This document shows positions 61,237-64,000 of a stretch of DNA of 64,000 nt, piece by piece. Each line of letters starts with the position of its first letter. Position 1 is the first letter of the stretch. A program made the position numbers and the translations under genes. Under the pieces are notes generated by a model. That model worked only from the letters and a program-made list of their open reading frames with translations. It was not told where the DNA came from and did no database searches. Location: positions 434,001-498,000 of the forward strand of contig CDROCS010002834.1 in NCBI GenBank assembly GCA_977020255.1. Reading direction: 5' to 3'. Source of the DNA: Obrimoposthia wandeli. Its lineage: Eukaryota.

Positions 61237-61800
61237 TCAACCGATTCTAGAGAGTTTTAATAACCGCTTAAGGTCACGCAACACATCCTTGCCCTGTGCC
61301 AAGATCGCAGCCTGCCCAGTTACCAAAGGATATGCCATCATGACGTTACCCAATGGATCCGCGATATAAATCGCGTTCATACCAAATTCCAGCGTTTTTA
61401 TTTGTGAAACAACCTGCTGAGGAATGGCGATGAGTTCCAATCCATGAATTTGCTCTTCATTCATTATTTTTTCATCAACCACTTTGCCATCTCGTTGCAA
61501 ACCATCGGTAATCAACACCACACTGTTCACGCGATCTTGATAAGCCCCTATCGCTTGTGGCACTTGGCGTAAATTAAATAATGCGCCTTCACATTGTTCA
61601 TCACACGATTCAGGTAACAGATACACTAATTGCCACTTATCTGGCTCACTTAACCATTCAGTGGTGAGTGGCGACGCTAAGAGTTGCCCACGATTAGTCA
61701 CACCACCTTGATACCAATTTAAGTCTAGTACGGTTTTTGCCAATAAAAACGGCAATACAAAGACACCGAGTAATAACAGCAACATCCTATTTTTTTTCAT
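61237..61800 (-). CDS. Cytochrome oxidase assembly-associated protein (N-terminal TM, thioredoxin/SCO-like)
   Basis: TM, TNRGQLL..P, CxxxC (CDEQC), IADPLGNVMMAY, DLKRLLKLSRIG. Confidence 0.72.
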   Translation of the reverse strand: MKKNRMLLLLLGVFVLPFLLAKTVLDLNWYQGGVTNRGQLLASPLTTEWLSEPDKWQLVYLLPESCDEQCEGALFNLRQVPQAIGAYQDRVNSVVLITDGLQRDGKVVDEKIMNEEQIHGLELIAIPQQVVSQIKTLEFGMNAIYIADPLGNVMMAYPLVTGQAAILAQGKDVLRDLKRLLKLSRIG

Positions 61801-61833
61801 TTAACATCCCTATATAGCAGTATCACGATAATG

Positions 61834-62526
61834 TCATTCCTGACGGTGGTGCGTGTTGGATGGTTTTAACCACCAGAATGCTAAACCCGACACAGCGACA
61901 GCTAACAAAAACCATTGCAATGCATAGGCATAATGTTTTTGCGGCCCCATTACCACAGGGATCCATGTTTGCTGCAAAGCGACAGGGCTATCAGGATCAA
62001 TTTGTAATATCCACGGCTGAAGTGGTAGATCCATAACCGTTGATAGCTCATCAATATGCAGATTTTGAACCCTTAACGGCCAGTCAGAATCCTGTGAGTC
62101 AGCAGACAACTCAATCAGTTGTGAAGGCAGGGCAATAATGCCTGTAATTTTAAGCTCACCATGATGTTCAGGCAGTACAGGCAATTGTTCACGGTATTGC
62201 GGAGCTGCAATCCAGCCGAGGTTGACTAAAAACCACCCATCATCCACTGCAAAAGGGTAGAGCAAATGATAACCAGGACGGCCTCGATAGAGCTGATTAT
62301 CAAGCAGCACGGCTTTACTGTGTTCAAACTTGCCATGCAGGGTTAACCCATACCAACGGGGATCACTGGGTAAACTGGCAAGGCTGTAATAAACCTGCTC
62401 ACTACGGCGCTCTAACGCAATACTCAATGCTTCTTTTTCTTGCGCACGCGACATTTGCCACAGACCCAACTTGACCAATGTCATCATTACCGCCAAAGTA
62501 AAAAGTATGAAACCAATCCTTCGCAT
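61834..62526 (-). CDS. SURF1 family cytochrome oxidase biogenesis protein
   Basis: LGLWQMSRA.EK, LDNQ, GYHLL, LVNLGWI, KHYAYALQWF. Confidence 0.92.
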   Translation of the reverse strand: MRRIGFILFTLAVMMTLVKLGLWQMSRAQEKEALSIALERRSEQVYYSLASLPSDPRWYGLTLHGKFEHSKAVLLDNQLYRGRPGYHLLYPFAVDDGWFLVNLGWIAAPQYREQLPVLPEHHGELKITGIIALPSQLIELSADSQDSDWPLRVQNLHIDELSTVMDLPLQPWILQIDPDSPVALQQTWIPVVMGPQKHYAYALQWFLLAVAVSGLAFWWLKPSNTHHRQE

Positions 62527-62552
62527 ACTTACCTTTCACCCTTGGAGACGCC

Positions 62553-62774
62553 ATGCTCATTAAAGCCACCATCGTCTGCCTATTGATATTTATTGTGCTG
62601 AATCTATTTCGGGCATTGCCTCTAATGCTTAAGAGCAAGAATGACTCGCAATCACCCCATAAACCGATGTCGCACTTCTTTGGTCGTCGTCTTCTTCTGT
62701 CTATTTTTGTCTTTGCTCTATTATTACTGGCAATCGCCACGGGTATTATTGAACCGAACCCTCGCCCCTATTAA
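62553..62774 (+). CDS. DUF2909 family small membrane protein
   Basis: Two TMs ending in G.I.PNPRPY, antisense between SURF1 and coxC as is usual for this family. Confidence 0.75.
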   Translation: MLIKATIVCLLIFIVLNLFRALPLMLKSKNDSQSPHKPMSHFFGRRLLLSIFVFALLLLAIATGIIEPNPRPY

Positions 62775-62816
62775 TTAATGAGCCAGTAATTAATGAGCCG
62801 ATAATTAATGAGCCGA
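62772..62816. repeat. 15-bp tandem repeat x3
   Basis: TAATTAATGAGCCAG / TAATTAATGAGCCGA / TAATTAATGAGCCGA. Confidence 0.9.
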
Positions 62817-62855
62817 GCTTAATTACCAACAAGTAAATATTAGCTACAACACTTG

Positions 62856-63773
62856 CTATAAAATATAGACGAAAATAAATAGGCACAGCCAAACCACATC
62901 AACAAAGTGCCAATACCAAGCCCCCGCTTGAAACGCAAAATGCTGATGGGGCGTAAAGTGTCCTTTCAAAATACGGCACCACACCACGAATAACATGATC
63001 GTACCTAAGGTTACATGTAGCCCATGAAAGCCGGTGAGTAAGAAGAATGTGTTGCCATATACCCCAGAATCAAGTTTTAAATCCATCTCTTGGTATGCAT
63101 GGATATACTCCACACCTTGCAAGTAAACGAACAAACTGCCGAGCAAAACGGTTAACAACAAAAATAAGGTCAAGCGTTTACGGTTGCCCTTTTCTAATGC
63201 CGTATGCGCAATATGCACCGTGACAGATGAAACTAATAAAATCATGGTGTTGTATAACGGTAAACCGATAGGCCCCATCGCTTGGGTTTCACTACCATCA
63301 GGGGTTCTAATCAGTGGCCATTGCGCGACAAATTCTGGCCACAACACCAAGTTCGTCATTTCATTATTACCCGCCCCACCCAGCCAAGGTACCGAGATCA
63401 TGCGGGCATAAAATAACACCCCAAAGAAGGCGAAGAAAAACATCACTTCAGAGAAAATGAACCAACTCATGCCTTGGCGAAACGAACGATCCATTTGTGA
63501 GCTATACAAGCCCCCCATCGACTCTTGGATCACATCTCGAAACCAACCCGTCAGCATAAAAAGAATTAAGCCAACCCCTGTCAGTAAAATCCACGGGCCT
63601 TGCCCATTAAACAAATTACCGACCGTTGCACCCGCCCCTAAAGCAATCAAAAAGAGAGCAATAGCACCGACAATCGGCCATATGCTGGCATCTGGCACAT
63701 AATAATGTTCATGGGGTTTATTCGCTGATTGCTCAGGAAGAGACTGTTCATGTTCACTGTAAGGATTAGACAT
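62856..63773 (-). CDS. coxC: Cytochrome c oxidase subunit III (aa3-type)
   Basis: SIWPI, GMSWFIFSEVMFF, LYNTMILLVSS, FFLLTGFHGLHV, WYWHFVDVVWL. Confidence 0.95.
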   Translation of the reverse strand: MSNPYSEHEQSLPEQSANKPHEHYYVPDASIWPIVGAIALFLIALGAGATVGNLFNGQGPWILLTGVGLILFMLTGWFRDVIQESMGGLYSSQMDRSFRQGMSWFIFSEVMFFFAFFGVLFYARMISVPWLGGAGNNEMTNLVLWPEFVAQWPLIRTPDGSETQAMGPIGLPLYNTMILLVSSVTVHIAHTALEKGNRKRLTLFLLLTVLLGSLFVYLQGVEYIHAYQEMDLKLDSGVYGNTFFLLTGFHGLHVTLGTIMLFVVWCRILKGHFTPHQHFAFQAGAWYWHFVDVVWLCLFIFVYIL

Positions 63774-63792
63774 CTTTACAACCTCTTGTTCT

Positions 63793-64000
63793 TCATTGCG
63801 TTAGCGCTGTGCCCGTAGGCTGAGCGTCATATAAGGTATAAGCCAAAGTTAATGTATTTATATCTTCAGGTAGATCTGGGTCGATATAAAACACTAAGGG
63901 TAACTCTGCCGATTCACCCGCCTCTAAAGGCTGACGGTTAAAGCAAAAACATTCGATTTTATTAAAATAACGTGCAGCTAAGCCCGGAGAAACCGACGGC
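63793..64000 (-). CDS. ctaG: Cytochrome c oxidase assembly protein CtaG/Cox11, 5' part outside the window
   Basis: Hand translation: PSVSPGLAARYFNKIECFCFNRQPL...PLVFYIDPDLP...TLTLAYTLYD (CFCF copper motif). Confidence 0.92.
   Translation of the reverse strand, partial: PSVSPGLAARYFNKIECFCFNRQPLEAGESAELPLVFYIDPDLPEDINTLTLAYTLYDAQPTGTALTQ

Overview
A Vibrionaceae chromosome I segment. It is most likely Photobacterium, inferred from the gene order, an aa3-type oxidase locus and an ERIC-like repeat. In order, it contains: (1) an LPS core/lipid A cluster (hldD to waaF, 1-12057) with a frameshifted GT25 gene and a relic epimerase; (2) housekeeping mutM-rpmG-rpmB-radC-coaBC-dut-slmA-pyrE-rph-yicC, with a 266-bp ERIC-like MITE behind the pyrE attenuator; (3) a ~7.2 kb integrase-free defence insert between yicC and gmk, carrying an intact C5-methyltransferase + McrB-like GTPase + McrC-like (DUF2357/PD-(D/E)XK) operon, a SEC-C protein and decayed toxin-antitoxin fragments; (4) gmk-rpoZ-spoT-trmH-recG-xanP-envZ-ompR, where RpoZ ends in a natural His5 tail; (5) two accessory modules in the ompR-greB-tex interval, namely a secreted SGNH esterase translationally coupled to a dCache chemoreceptor, and a LysR-controlled six-gene catabolic operon (RidA, aldehyde dehydrogenase, atypical amidohydrolase, atypical BCCT transporter, 570-aa unknown protein, DUF3726-like protein); (6) tex, a sigma28-driven small gene, bioH, comF, nfuA, a 3D-domain protein, dinF and the 3' part of a cytochrome aa3 oxidase/heme A biogenesis locus. 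The best candidates for undescribed biology are the BCCT catabolic operon, the MTase-McrBC system and the esterase-chemoreceptor pair. No tRNA, rRNA, CRISPR array, transposase or integrase was seen. All family assignments come from motif recognition by eye, not from database searches.
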